Source of the DNA: Azolla caroliniana
Lineage: Eukaryota > Plantae > Polypodiophyta
Assembly (NCBI GenBank): GCA_043228905.1
Contig: JBHGNT010000004.1
Span: forward strand, 21,762,001 to 21,826,000
Reading direction: 5' to 3'
Length of the DNA stretch: 64,000 bases
Shown: piece by piece, positions 35,096 through 50,275 of the stretch
Layout: every line of letters begins with the position of its first letter
Numbering within the stretch: position 1 is the first letter of the stretch
Made by a program: the position numbers and the translations under genes
The notes under the pieces: generated by a model
Seen by the model: the letters and a program-made list of their open reading frames with translations, nothing else
What the model was told of the DNA's origin: nothing
Database searches by the model: none

Positions 35096-38000
35096 TTCTC
35101 ATTGATTTCAATACAAAAGGCAAGAAATAAAAATTTCTCCCTTTGTGTTTTTTTCTCTATTGAATGTCCAGCTTAAAGATAAGAAGAAATTTATACTCTT
35201 ATTCTCTTGTTTCAATATGCACATTAGAATGCTTTCAAAATCCTCTCTCCCTCTCATGTGTGTGTGTTTACGTGCATCTGAGATGCATAATTTAAATGGG
35301 CCCATGAAATCCTTTAGAGGCTTTAACAACATGTATCAAACAAGAGGGCATTCTTCACACTATGCCCTAAGTCCTAAATCTTTTCCATTTGAAAGGTGTT
35401 TTGATTTTCAACTTGATTCTCTGGTGGACATAGACCTTTGGCAACCCCAACTTTCAACCATTTCTCAAACCTTTGAAACCAAAATATGAAGGCATGTTTT
35501 GCCAAACTTCAATCCATTATCAATTTTGTTCTCCCCTTCTCCTTGCCTTCCATCATCCATGTAATAATTTGTGCTATTTATTAGTCCCCACCATTTTCTC
35601 GCTAATCCCATTTTGCTTCAAGCCCACTCATCTTGTATACATATTCTCTTTTGCATACAAGCTATGTTTCTCTCATTGAACTAAAACATTTATTTTGGTG
35701 CAATTACTCTTGATATTAATAGTATCATGTATTTATGAGTGTAATTAAATAATCCTTTTGCTACCATTGTCCTAAAATGTGGTACTCTTTTGGCCTTCAA
35801 GGTCCCATTAATAGGCCTATCTTAATGATGCTATTGTTTGTATTGATGAAAATGATTTTTTTGATAGTAACTTCAAAATGCATTGTTCCAATGTAAATCA
35901 TGTCTATTTATTGATTCAAACATATTCAAAACTTCATTTGAAAAAGATGATTTGTAATACAATGGATAAAACATTGTGCTACAACCGTTTGACACATCAA
36001 CGTTTCCATGTATTGAGATCTCTAAAGAGGTATTATGAAATTTGGCTATACAATTGAGCATAACCCTTACCATGATTAGCCAAAGTGTTATGATCATGCA
36101 ATGAGAATATTATACATGGAAATCAATTGAATTTTAGTGGTATGTGTACCAAAGAATGTCACATGAAAATATATTTAGCATATCATGTAAATGCTATAGA
36201 GTGGAATATCATGTAAATGCAATAGGGTGAACTATGGAGTACCACTATATCAAATGAAGTTATAAATTTGCACCTACTTGAGGGGAAGGGGGGTCATTTT
36301 CTTGAGTTGTACATTCATCAATAAATAGGAGCTAGTGGGAGTGTGCAATGCAAGAAATTTATAGGAAATAGTCGTTGAATGCATAGCATATATAAATGCA
36401 TTTCATCGTTGTCTTGGGTCGAATCTCCAATATCACTGATAAAGTGGGGATTCTAGCAATAAATACGAACCCAAAATCAACCAACATGAATTAAAGTAAC
36501 CTTAGAGGCATGTATCTTAAGGATGTCTAGTTCTTGAGTAACAAGTGCATTTATGGCATTGGAATACTATATGCATTAAGCCATATGTGTTTTTTGGTTT
36601 AAATTTTTAATTTATTCTCATGTAAAGTTATGGCAATCTATTGTGGGATGAGGAGATTTGCTTATACAACAAAAAGCCACATAATGTTTTATGTGAAAGG
36701 AAGAGATTCAAGTAAGTTTAAGATATGAATTAACTTGTGTCTTGTTTCCGTTTTTAACAAACCCACCGTAACTAGTTTGTCAGAATCATTTCAAAACCTA
36801 ATTAAACTGTGAGCTCCCATGTGACTTCCATGCGACATTACAAGTAGCAAAAGCAGCATTGACATCTTCAATTGGAAGAGTTAATGGTTTCACAAGTCTC
36901 ATGGTATATACTTTTTCTCATGCTGAAATTAGACTTGTGAAAGCATTAACTAACTCTAAACCCTTGACAACCTAAAATCAATTATACCGTTGCTATTTTC
37001 AAAAATATCAACACTATCCTTAGGGCTACAAAAAAAGTAGACACCCTACCATGACTTATCTGTTTATTTAAGGGTTCTTTCAATTAAGTAATTCGGAAAT
37101 CGATCATAAAGCCATTCAATTAAGCAAAAGTATTGCCTTTCAATTTTGTTGCATCACTTAATAAAAACGATATGATTATCCTACTAATATAATTTGATAG
37201 AGGAATTCTGAATATGCAATGGGCCATTGATAAGCAATCATGTTTCCCTAATTTAATCAAGCCAATGACATGGAATGTAGTCCTTGATACATGATTACAT
37301 TGGTGGACTCTCTTCAGTTACTAAGACCGACACCGCATCATTCAAAACCTATAGTACCTTCAACAAGAGGCGACCTTGTAATTAAAGCCCTCATTGCATA
37401 TACATACTGATTAAGCAAACTAAACCTTCAAATGTAACAAATCTATTGAGTCCAATTGTTATTGGCACAAATATTACAAGTAATAGAAGTCCTACCCTTT
37501 CATGCTTTTAGTCAAAAGTTGAGGTTTGTTATGGATCTACAATTGTAATATAAGTCAAGGCGAAATAAGACACAAGACCATTGTGCATAAATGTTTTAGT
37601 AGTAGAGTATGTTTAGAAATCATGTTTATTTATTAGCTACATAGGAAGTATCACCATGTTGTGGATCTCTAAGATGTATTACATTATTGTTTCATTGCAT
37701 AGAAGTTTGGCGTTTTACATGTTTGCACATGCCTTAGACAAGTAACAACATATAAATAACCACAAGGTTTGTTTTTCTCCCGAGAAGTAACCATGCTTGC
37801 AATATTAGGGCATAGAAAAAATATACATACATACATAAATATGTGCAAGGAACACTTTTGAGTTTCTCAATTTATCCTGAACCACCTAGATAATTGTGTT
37901 GGCGTTCATAATGCTTTGCTTATTGGAAAACCGCACTAGGAAAAGGGTAAAACAAGGAAAAGATAACACCTTTAAGAAAAGCACAACCAAAGTTAAAAGT

Positions 38001-39792
38001 GAAGATGCTCAAGCACAAGCAACCTCCTTTTTGTATTTGGAAAGCTCAGTTGAGCTTGCTAAATCTCTAGAGACAAAGATTACACATGCATGCACATAGA
38101 AAGGTTTATGAGTCCACACAACATTTTTTTCACGTAGAAATTGACTTCTCGGGGGATATCTCAAAAGCAAAGGCGCTTCGAGTGGGCAACGGAAAAAAGT
38201 TTGTTAAAAAGGTGAAAGAATAATTTGATGAGTGGGTCCAAATCCACTGAGAGTTCAAAAAACAAAGGTTGTGGATAGAAATATAAGAAAGCTAATGAGA
38301 TTTTGTGAGGGAGAGAGACACCCCCATGTGATACGAGCATTGAGTGGACATGCATTACCCATTGTTGTAACCTCGTGTTGTGTATGCATTTTAATGTAAT
38401 AGTTTTAATGACAGAGAAAAGAGTGTCAAAAAAATACCAATGCAATCTATGTAGATAAGTGGTATAATATTTTGTGTTTTGCATGTTGGCCCTCATCGAA
38501 GGGATATCCAAATGGTCAAAGGTCAATGATGAAATAATTCGGAGTCTTGAAGCTCTGATCACAAACGTCTTAGATGGTCTTGAGCATGACAATGACAAGA
38601 CAAGAGAGATTGCTCATGCATGAACCATTACTTATGGACTACCTTGAATCTCGAAGCAATGTTTAAGGTGAAAGAAGGAAAGGATTTATATATTCGAGGA
38701 ACTTAGGAAAGCTTGTAAAGGAGGCCTTTCTCGATGCAACGGTGAATGACAGTAACTTCTTGTCAAAACCCGAATTTGTGGACCGAAAACTAAAGTATGT
38801 GATACCTACATTGTCAAAAGTCGAGGCACGTCTCAATGATCGTGTGAAGTATCATCGTGACGTGGACATTAAACTTGCCTTTTGACAACAAGGACACTTA
38901 AGAGAGACAACTACTGAAATGTGTATGAAATCCAAAGTTTTTTAAAACCAATCCTCCTCTCCTTCCTTGGTATAGTTTGAGGTTGTACTGATCACGCAAA
39001 CCGTTAACACGAAGCACATATATACATAGTCAACATTTAGATTTAGATAAGACACGCAATGTATTTAGATTCAAAGTAGGAGGCACACAATGTAGCTGGA
39101 AGCAGACGATTGTCGTTAAGTTTCTAGGTTTAACTTGTGTGTCTCGTGCATGGCCCAAGTGGGCTAATGAGGAATTTGGGTTTTTTCTAGTCGCAAGAAA
39201 CATGAGCAAGAGGGGGGGGGGGACAACATGCTCGCCATTCTTCGTTATGGTTGGTTAAGTCTGAGAGCGTGATTCAGAAAACCAACCAAAACCTCACATC
39301 CCACCAACAGGTTCAATTTTTGATGGGTCAAAAGGGTTATATATGTGAGATGGAGTAGTTAAAAAAAAGGCCATTTATGTAAATTTGGGGAAAGGCTATT
39401 TTTGATAATTTCGGAGAAAAGGCTAAACAGTTATAAAAAATAAAAATAAAACAGGACTAAAATTTGTAGAGTTTTGGAGGAAGGCCATTTATGTAAATTT
39501 GGTAAAAGGCTATTTTGGTAATTTTGGAGAAAAGACTGATCTTTTGTTATTTACGTTTCTTTTTAGGGCTTCCTATTCTTTGCTTTACACTTCCTTTGAT
39601 CTCCTCCTCCTCCTCCTTAACCCTACTACTAATCTCCTTAATGTTCCCCTTAATGACCGTGATTAGCACCTTAATGGGCTTTATCACCACCTTAATGAGC
39701 GTGATTAGCACCTTAAGCACGGTCATTAGCTCATCCTCCTCATCCTCATCCCCTTAATTGAACCCAATGATTGATATGTGTTGATTAATCAC

Positions 39793-41691
39793 ATGATGGA
39801 TATTCAGCAGAAACTCAAATCACAGCATCCACCCTTCAATGCATATTCACTCGATCAATTCGTTCCTAATTACACTGATGCCCTCACTAATTACGGTAAT
39901 ACGCCCGCGAATTACGCTAATAATCCCGCTAATTACCATGCTCTCCAGCTAGCCCAAGCCCAAGCTGCCCGCCTTAGGGATCTCCATTCTGCTGTACTTA
40001 ATGGAAACATAATTAGCCGAGATATCAGTCTTAATCCTATCTCTAATCCTGTCATTAGCCCCAGGATTAGCGAGCGATTAGCTCTTGTAATTAAGAAGAA
40101 TCATGGAGCCAGTGCTAATTCGTCAACGGGGATTAATCGTGACCACGATTACCCAGTCTTTGTGCCGGTAATCTGTTATTAAAACGAGCTAATTCATTTC
40201 TTCCTCGTTCTGATTATGTATATCGGGTCTGTCTGTGGCCTCTGTGTGTAGGATTAGCGCTAATCCATGAGGCTTTATTAGTTGCAGGGTTGTGAGTGCC
40301 CTTAACTGACATTGGTATATGCCCCTTAATTACGTTGCTAATTGCCTTTGATCCCTTTTTAATTGCAGACGCGACAGCAATCAAAGGAGACGGGAAGGGA
40401 TTCGGTGGGAAGCAATTACAGCTCGGAATCTCTAATGACGCCAGAGGAGCGACTCAATTACATACTGGATCATGACAACAAGAGTACATTCCCGGGGATA
40501 ATTAGCACTAATCACAAAATTAACGCTAACAAGAATGCTAACCATCATCATTCCAGAGTAATTAATCGCCTGACATCGTCCAATGATCATTATAGTGGGC
40601 GCCACACCCCAATCAAAGCGTTGTCTGAGTTTCTGAGTGAAGAAGTCATAGCGTGGAGGCAGCGGCCATCACAGTGCAGATCGAGCGATGGATTAACGGT
40701 CCAACCGCACCACATTAGTACTAATCATCGCAAGCTCCACCATCATCAGAAATCGGCGATTAACGATGATCCAGGGCTAACATTAGGTGCTAACGATCAT
40801 GGATCGGCAAACAAGGTGATTAAGCAGATCTCTGAGATCGCTAGTGGAAGATCATGCAAGCCCAGTAAGAGCGATTACTCTAATCACAACATCCTACAAC
40901 GCATGCCCCTGATACATCATCATCGTTCTGAGCAATCTGTGGTTAATAAGGCGGTCCAGATCCGCGACAGGATGAAGGAAGACTCATCATCATCGCTTCT
41001 GATTAGTAGGCAGAATCCTGCGGAGGCGATGAAGGCGGCGAACCATAATGTGATTAAGGCGGCGAGCCATAATCCGATCAAGGCGGCATGGCTGTCGATC
41101 AGGGGGATGAATGGAGGTAATCATAGCAGGACAAAGGGGGGCCACAGGAGCAAAAGCCAGTTAGGGGAAGGCGATCGGATGGACGATGGGATTAGCACTA
41201 ATCACAGTTGCCATTGCCAAGATAAGCAGCATTACACTAATCAGGCGGCTAATGGACAGCATCAGAATCGGGGGGCTCATCATTACGAAGAAGAAGAAGG
41301 AGGCGGCGGCGGCGGCTGCGGGGGGAATATTCGTGGGAATATTCGTGGATGGGGTCGTGGCGGGTACAATTCGGGCCTGATCAACGGGGCGGAGGCGGAG
41401 AGGGAGATGGAGGCGGCGATGGCGATGGACGAGATGGAGGCGAGGCTAATGGAGGCGAGGTGGAGGCGGGATATGGCCATCGCAGAGATGGAGGAGGTGA
41501 GGCTGGCGATGGAGGAGAGGAAGAAGATGGCCATGGACATGGCCATGGCCATGAGCATGGGCATGGACATGGACATGGACAGAGACATGGGCATGGGCAT
41601 GGACATGGACATGGGCATGGATATGGACATGGACATGGACAGGCTGAAAGGGAAGAAGGCAGCACAAGCAGAAGCAGAGCGGAAAAGATAG
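39793..41691 (+). CDS. IRK-interacting-protein (IRKI/GIL1 family)-like protein, N-terminal and coiled-coil parts only, 2 exons
   Basis: Exon 1 39793-40167 (AQAQAARLRDLHSAVLNG..HDYPVFVP), GT..AG intron, exon 2 40369-41691 in frame. The coiled coil MEARLMEARWRRDMAIAEMEEVR matches the IRKI pattern as I recall it. No conserved C-terminal domain is seen. Confidence 0.65.
41527..41640 (+). repeat. coding hexamer microsatellite (ATGGAC/ATGGGC/ATGGCC)n = (MD/MG/MA)n
   Basis: Directly visible. It explains the overlapping low-complexity ORFs at 41.2-41.9 kb. Confidence 0.9.
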
Positions 41692-43449
41692 ATAAAGAGG
41701 ATTTAGCGCTCTCCAGAGTAAATAGAAAGAAAGAAAAGAGGAGCTTCCAGATTTGGCCAAAGCCCAGCAAAGCCTATCAGCTGGGGCCACGTGTCTCCTC
41801 CATGTCCAGTTGCCATGACCCGACCCGACACATCATTGTGACCCGATCCGATCCGACCCATTACCGTCACCCGACCCAACACGTCATCACTCCCGGCTCT
41901 CCGGTGATCGCCCCCACCACCCACACTTGACCATCCATGCCAGCCATTTCATACACCACCACTACTAGTAGTAGTAGTATTACGTGGGGTAAACCCCGTT
42001 CGTCGCCTCTACCCGATCATAGCCCCCCCCCCCCCCCCCCGCCCAACCAACCAACGTTCCTACATTTGTTTCCTTTTGTGTGAAGCTGCGCGCCTTTCGT
42101 TCCTAAACAAGCCCCTCGTCCCGATGCTTTGGACACACAGGAAGCAATAACATTATTTGTGGCATCCTATTCGTGAAGCAAGCCCCTCGTCCCGATGCTC
42201 TGGACACAAGAAGCAAGCATTCCTGCCTAGCATCCTAATTTCGACATTTAAATCCACCGGCACCCCAGAGCTTACTGCATTCTATAGCATCATCATCTCA
42301 TTCTTCTGGTCACCTACATTGTTTTGTCGCCCCACGCGTACACACTTCTTCTTACCGTCTCCATTGATTTGTCTTCTCTTTTCACTGGCCGAGGAAATGG
42401 GCAACAGGAGCACTGCGGACCAACAATGTACACCATAATCTTGTACTTTTAACACATTTTGGAAATTTGGTAAAGAGCTTTCCATTTTTACCAAGGAGTA
42501 TATATATATAAATATATATGTATACTTGTGCGTGGAGAAGTCTGATATCGTGTAACGTGCTCTTCTGAACATGATGGAAGCTAGGGATGGTGGTTAATAA
42601 AATCACACGAGGGATCAACAACCAACTTACATCGGGAAACATGAGCTATTACAGGGAGTAGAGCATCTCAAGGAATCATAAAAGAAAGTACTCCTAAGTT
42701 CAATGTGATGTTTGTAATGTGATTCTATACGGTTGCGGCTATCAAAGGTTTTTCTACTTTCTAGTCATCCTTCCCCTAATTAAGATGACAAGGCCATTTT
42801 GTACATTACGTGCTCATGTACTCACCCAAATGTAACCAACAATAATCATAAACATCTATTACTTACCTTTACCATACTTCCACCTTGCTTGAAGTTACTT
42901 GTTTACTTGGGGAAATCACGAGTCTCCATTTTTTAACTAAATCGAGAAGGTTAAAATGTACATATTTATACATGAGTCACAACCTTTTTAGCTCTTTATC
43001 AATATAAATGAGTAAGTCACAATAATCACTATCGTTGACGTAAAGGATGTGATGTAACTTGATTCTGCCTTCCTTTTGCTTAGTACTAATCTTTGACAAG
43101 CGTTTTACAACTTAATGTGGACTTGAAGTGAAATTTCTATGAATAGATAATATAATGGATATGTGCTTGCATGGCCTCTACAATGTTCTTGTCTTCTTGT
43201 TTCCTCCTTGAACGTGTCACTTCTCTGTACAGTTTCGTGGTAGAAAATAGACTATCTTTTCTCCTCTCTCTTGTCATCTTGAGAATCAAGTTTGTGATAA
43301 TATTTCCTCTCATTGTCTTGTAAGTCATGACATGACCACACTTGAGCTTTCACAATTAGCATTATGAGGCAAGTGAGCTTTAAGTGACATTCTAACTATC
43401 ATGTCAGAGATCGATTATCTCTCATTATGGAGTTGAATAAGGTTCTTTT

Positions 43450-43645
43450 AGAATCTCTATGAGGTAACTGTGAGCATGATGAGTCATCATATAAGAATGT
43501 GATTGATACAATAAAATTATAGGTTTCCAAAATGATATCTCACTATAGTGGAAGAAGAGGGGTTTCCTAGAATCTCCATGAGGTAAATATGAGCATAATG
43601 AGTCATCGTATAAGAATGTGCGTGTTATAATAAAATAATAGGGAT
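43450..43645. repeat. ~120-bp-period diverged direct repeat
   Basis: AGAATCTC(T/C)ATGAGGTAA..GAGCAT..TGAGTCATC.TATAAGAATGTG occurs twice. Confidence 0.7.
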
Positions 43646-46600
43646 TCCACTTTCTCAAAGAAGTTCCATGGTTGGTGTGGCCAATTCATTTTGAGGGATG
43701 TGATGGTCATTGGCATGAGGATGCTCTAGGCCCATCTAAAACTATTGAAATCTCATGGCAGTGTTTGTTTATTACTTCATGTCATTTGTGTGTGATGGTA
43801 GGCATTGGGTTGGAGGGGGATGTCACGACATAGTCACATCCTTCCTCCCGCCCACTCAATAGATTAATAGAATTAGATGTGTCATGAAGAAGAAGAAGAA
43901 GATTATGATAAACATAGGTGTGGCTTTGCTAAAGGTTTGGGCATGTCCGTCTGTAGTAGTAGCCCTCTTGCATAATGGCTACTATGCTCATCTGCCCCGC
44001 TTACCTACACAACAATAAGGTCATGTGTCCACACCCACATCCAACAAGTCGGGACATCTTAAAATGACCCATGACACTTTTCTTCATGGACTACATACTT
44101 GCATGTGTTGTGGGCCCATTTAAAAACTATTGATTTCTCAATAGTAATGTTGGTTCATTACACTATTTATATTGAATGGCCTTTTAGAAAATTGGGCTAC
44201 ATAATTTAATAATCACTAGTGCCGTGATAAATTAGCCTAAAGACAAATGCGCACATGGAGGGGCGTAGATTTATAACCCTAGCCTACTCTAACTCCTATC
44301 ATTTACACAATGTTGTATCTACATATTAGATCTTCATATCTATCTACCTAGAACAACGCCTTTTCAAATATAACAAATAGAATTTACATGTATATAGTAT
44401 TGCCATTGTATTGGTATACGAGGTTATTACCCACACTAGTGCCGGATATGCCCATGTAATTGATGGAAAATGCAATGAAAATTCATAATTGGCTAGTGAC
44501 AAGATTGTAAGGAAATATTTGGAGACATTTTGAATATAAATTAGTGAGGTTTTTTAATAGACGATAAGGAGAAAGCTTCTCACTATCAACAATCTTTTAT
44601 TGATTCTACAAGTAGGATCACATGTAGACATTGGTTGACAAATAAATGTTCCTTAATAGGTAACGAACAATTCTAGCCTTCTTTGCTTTTTTTCCCACCA
44701 AACCAAAGAATTTCTCACATGCCATACATAATTAGAAAATGTATTTAGCATAGTTTAGGTTGCAATCCCATACAAATGTCTTTGGTCGATAAAGTTCATA
44801 GATGCCAACCAAGAACTAAAAAACAGATAGCAATCCTCAACTCACGTTTCATCATCCAATAATTGAGGGGCAAACACACACATATAAATGATCCATATGA
44901 TATAACATAGCATATGAAGTACAATAACATAAAGCCAACGCAATTCTTTTGCTGCATCTTCGTGGTTTTAATATTAAGTCTCGTCATAATTTTGAAGTAC
45001 AAACTAGTTTGAAAAAAGATCCTTAAATCTACCATTCCTTCAAAAGGTAAAGCTTCTATATGGTATTTGCATATGACGTTGATTAACTATCATTTCAATT
45101 TAAAAGTCTCATTGTCCTCAAAAGATTCAATGAAGGTCACATGTGGGTTTGTACTAGTCATCTTTGTGTTACCATGAGCTTCCATGGATGAATGACACAC
45201 ATATTGCGATGATTCTATCTACAATACAAAAGCCCGCATTTTCTATCCATAGCGGGGATTGGTTCATATTCAACATTTTTTTCGAGGCTACAAACAAAAT
45301 TCAATGTATTGAACTATGAGTTCTCGTGACACCAACATCTAAAAATGGGTGTAAGTGATATGCTTCTTTGTATGAGAAATTAAAAATGTGTGCTTGTTTA
45401 TTTGCAAAACATACCTATATACAAATTGATCACGCACATGAAAACTAGTAAAAAGCAGTGTATGTCCTCATATAATGACAAAATGAATTTTGTTGATATA
45501 AAGATTTTATTATTAATTTCCTTCTGAATATGACTTGCATTCTATGTTATGCTTGGAAATTCTTTAAATATGACCTACATACTATGTTCAGCTTGGAAAT
45601 TCCTTAATTCGTGCGTGCTTAATCTTAATTTTCCTGGGATTAAGAGCATCAAATTAATATGAGCTACATACTATGTTCTGTTTGGAAATTCCTTAATTCA
45701 TTGTGCTTAATCTTAATTTTCATGTGATTAAGAGCATTAAATTTGGCCAAGCATCGATAAGTAAATTTGCAAATAAGCAACCATACTCTTTTATGATTTT
45801 TATCCTCTAAAAAGTTGACAACAACAGTCACGTCGTCAACCACAATACTTTCTATATATTGTTGTGAACATGTGGTCTTTCTCACTACGATCTTGATTAC
45901 AATGGTTCTCCCTATCCATGTGGTTTGCTATTTTGAATATTTGGTAGTAAAGGTCAATTGTAATCCACCTAATCAAAATCAGTTAAGATTGCCAATTTGA
46001 CATAAAATCAAGTTTACAATGTGAAAACATTCAATGTACTTAGAAAACATGACTTGTTATAGTAGAAACAAATCCAGTTCTACCTAATCAAAATTGTCCA
46101 ACTACATTGTTAATATGGTAGTCAACATCTTGCAATTATATCTATGGATGTGACTTGGTCACATGTTGGGCATTACTATTTGGTTGATGTTTGAGTCACT
46201 AGCAATGTATTAGTAGTGAGTAGACAAATTTGAACCTAATATGACTATATAAATGAAACACCACCACATTATAATTATGAGGAAATGAATCTCATTAAGC
46301 TTACACTACATTACCACAAATTTCATTCGTTACCGGATTCGTTACATTCTTAGTTGTGAAAACCTATATCCTTCATGCTTATTCTTGAAACTCAAAATAG
46401 CCATGCAGTTTTGAAACAACTATGGGAAGATCACTTTCATGAGCTGCATTGAGAGGAGAGAGAGGGACTAGAGTATTAACATTTTATTAAAGCACTGAAT
46501 TATAGTAGGACTTATGATGCAATCCCTTCCAAGAATGAACCAGATGAGTCTTTTAACAGTAAAATGGATGATTCACTCCTTAATAGGCAATTACTTATTA

Positions 46601-47257
46601 AATACAATTACTCATTGTGAAAGAGAGGGATACACATTGTGTAAGAGAGGGATATCGATTGATTGATTCCGACACTACAAAAGTTGATTCTCTCGTTTCC
46701 AAATTGGTATTTCAAAGTTGTTCCAGCATCTCAACGGTCTAACCATGTAATTGAAGACAGAATTCAAATCAAAGTATAGAGAACCATACACTACAGAATT
46801 GGTTCTGTTGCAGCCTCAACATGCAATAACTTTCTTCATCTAATAATATAATACAAAAGTCTGGGGGCACGGGATGAAGTCCAATTCGTGATATGTCTCT
46901 AGGATACAAAAATAAACCCATACAAGCATTTTGGACTCAGTGGTGTAACCCTAAGCAAGGGTTGAAAGATAACATTATTAAGAAGAGAGTCCAATGAAAC
47001 ACTTAGACCCACGCAAACCAGCGCTCTCTTTATCTCTTCAATGTGAGAAAGATCTACTATGGAGGAAAAAGAAACAGGTTATCTCATCCACACTTTATTA
47101 TTAATCCTCTATAGCTTTGCATTTGATATGTCGAGCTCCTTCCTGGATTGTGCCTTTGATCCCCATTAATATATTTACTGATACCATCGGAAAAAGAAAT
47201 GGCGAAAATTTGCAACGGTCCCCCCTCAAGAAAACTTTTCTATTTTTTCATTATTAT

Positions 47258-50200
47258 CTACAACCTTGTTTTCTGTGAAATTAATGGTGCTGAAGCAGGA
47301 CTCGAATGCGACATGAAATACTCGAAATCGGGATGGCATACAAACAATCTCTTAAGCCATTCATACGTAGACCTATGTAGAGAAGTTGCATAATGGCGAT
47401 CCGTGGGGCCGGCGGATGTCCAAACGGGGCCACGAAATTTATAACCAGCGAAACCAAACGAGTTGAGATTGATGACTTGTCCGATACCATGTGTAGTTGA
47501 TGAAATTCGATTACCCAAAGTATAATCTGACCATACAAAAAACATCATATAATATTTTTAGAATATGATAGCCAAACAGCTAGTAATGAATTGCATATTT
47601 AAACACCACATTATTAGATGCGAATCCCCTCAAATTACTGAATGGCACCTTTAGGTTCAAAGGTGATAAGATGATAAGAAAACCTGTAACAGTTGATAGA
47701 GAGTGATATGTTAGAAAGCATGCCCCAAGATCCTTGAGAGTCGCACCAGTTGGTATTCGGTAAATCGGATACCTGTTTTGAACCAAGATAGAAAATTTCA
47801 ACGCTCATGAACGAACATTTGCAACAACAATGTCTGCTGTGTGTACAGAATAGAATAGATATTTTATCGTCCATGATGACACTAATTTTGACTTGTACTA
47901 TGGGAACAAATCAGCATATTATCTTGTATGTGCCTTCTTGCTAACAAGGGGGTTTTACTAATCTGTAGTAAAAATTCTCGATATGAAAATATGCAGGAAT
48001 TTATGTGCTCACTCTTCTTTGTGGAAATTTGAGTATGACACTCATATTGTCACGCCAATCTAAAAAGTGATCATATTTCTTGCGAATTACCTTATATGTG
48101 AGCATGCGATAAGTAAGAAGTGATATTCATCCTCTACTAGGTTTTCACTGCATCCCTTGCATATCCTCATAATTGGGTGATGATGTGAGAGTGGGACCAA
48201 TGTAAACATAAAATATATCCATGCAATCTGTACGGAATCGGTAAGTGACTTCTATTGGTCAAGGATTTTACTAGTGAAGGTTGTATGTAATCGAGAATGC
48301 ACAGGATATAGCTCAGGTTTGGATTGCCAATGGTGTCAAGGCTTCGACGACCTTTTAATATCCAAAGAAATAGTCATTTTAAAAATAAAAGAATAGAAGG
48401 GCGAGCTCATTACCATGCAACTGAGAACCAACTAGATTGAGACAGTTCATTGCTATTAAGAGTTTTTAAGCCTCGAAATTGCACTGCTAGGTCTTTAACC
48501 TGCACCACAAAAGAAAAATATCAAATTTATGTGGTTTTCTAAAAATGGAGCCTAAAGTTGGATTTCATGGCTTCAGTATTAGTTTGCGTTTAAGGGATAT
48601 CAGCGGATTCAGTACCATCTCTAAATTCGGACAAACAATGGGGCTATCCAAGAAATTCGATATCATTAGACTTCTAGACTTAGGGGAAAGGCTAAAGATA
48701 TAAACAAATGTTATGAAAACTCTTTATCATATGACTTATCATTTGAAAGATCTTATTGAGAGAAGAATCCAAGGCAACATGGATGGTTCAATTTGAAGTT
48801 GTGGTGTGAGAGATGTGACCTTTTTGCCTAAAAATTAACTGAAAAAGACTCCAATGGTTGCTTCTTTCCTATTGCCCGAGTAAGCGTCATTCTGAATTCT
48901 ATTACTAAGTTCACATTTAATGAACCTCAATCGATTTAGTACAAGTTTTGATTTGCAAATTAGTACCTTGTCATAGAGAGGGGCTCTGAGTGGAGGTGCG
49001 GCAGATTCAAAGTATTCAAACAAAAGACACTCAGACTCCATTGCAACATCTGAAGAGCTGCATGATGCTCTCTCGAGATGATCACCGCCATCAATGCTAC
49101 TCGTTTCGCTATTGCTATCTCTATACTCAAGCTCGCTTCCATCACTATCGTCACCGAGCCGACGTCCTCTGTACTCCAAGGAAAATAGAGTCTTTTAAAA
49201 ACAAAAAAGAAGAGAAAACTTGAGAGATCAACAAATGTATCTAATTCGGGTTTTGTGAGATATGATTGGTGTTACTTATAAACACAAGAGAGAAAGACCA
49301 AAACCAAAACCAAAACCCCTTGCCATTAATATAGTGAAATAGTATTCATTTACAATTACAAAAAGACCTTTTGACATCAAATGTGTGCCATAGTAAAAAC
49401 TATTTTTATTCACAATAACAGAAGACTTATTTTGATTCCAGAAGAATTCCATATATACAGATTAGCAAACCCTAACCTTTGTTTGGAGGCAAGTTCGACT
49501 GCCGAGCTTGAATACAATTGAAGAGCCGAGAGGTATGGAACATAGTATTGTGTAACAACATTGTCTTCCTGTCCATTAAGGACGATTGGGACTCCGGCCC
49601 CGTAAGCGCTCCATTCATCAAAGCTATCCCAGAGATCGCCCAACGAGAAGAAGTGCTTACTTGGCTCGGTGTCTTCTTCATCAAGCCCAACGATTCTCGT
49701 AGACAGGCCTTGGAGGTGGGTTGTCTACGGTATTAAAAGAAACAAAAAACAATTCAGTTAAAGATTGAAACAACATTATATTTACAGTTTCTATGTAAAT
49801 GAGATGGACAAAAGAGATCGGATCGGTCCAAAAAGAAAACCCTTAAACCAGAACAAGCACCAAACCCTTACTTAAACCAGAACAAGCACAAAACCCTTAC
49901 TTAAACCAGAACAAGCACAAAACCTGGGAGAGAGAGAGATCATACCATGGACAAGGACTGAGCAGGAACCCTAGGAGTTGTATGGTGAATAAATCGTCGA
50001 AGGTTGGAATGTGAGCTACACTTTCTCTTATCAAGTTCCACTAAATCTGTAGAATTCCGAGAGGAATAAGACGAAGAAGAAGAAGAAGATGATGATGATG
50101 ATGATGATGATGGCGATGGCGATGGTATAATGTTCTCATTAGAGCTCTGTACGAAGCTCTTCCTCGCCTTCATTTGTGATCTGTGATTGCTATTGTGATT

Positions 50201-50275
50201 GCATTGGGAGCGGCGTTGTTGTTGATGATGATGATGATCTGTTCTTCGGCCAAAGCTGTTGACAGAAACATCCAT
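47258..50275 (-). CDS. DUF789 family plant protein, 6 exons, intact
   Basis: Exons 49946-50275, 49477-49724, 48967-49168, 48414-48499, 47684-47772 and 47258-47526. Motifs [85 protein letters not shown]. Confidence 0.93.
49837..49924. repeat. ~29-bp tandem repeat x3 in DUF789 intron 1
   Basis: AAACCCTTACTTAAACCAGAACAAGCAC units. Confidence 0.8.

Noticed and set aside
35100-39000. Short ORFs in the AT-rich interval
   Set aside because: No recognisable motifs or splice-consistent model. Probably very old TE debris.
41186-41930. Overlapping His/Gly-, Cys/Pro- and Met/Ser-rich ORFs as separate genes
   Set aside because: They are alternative-frame readings of a GC-rich hexamer microsatellite.
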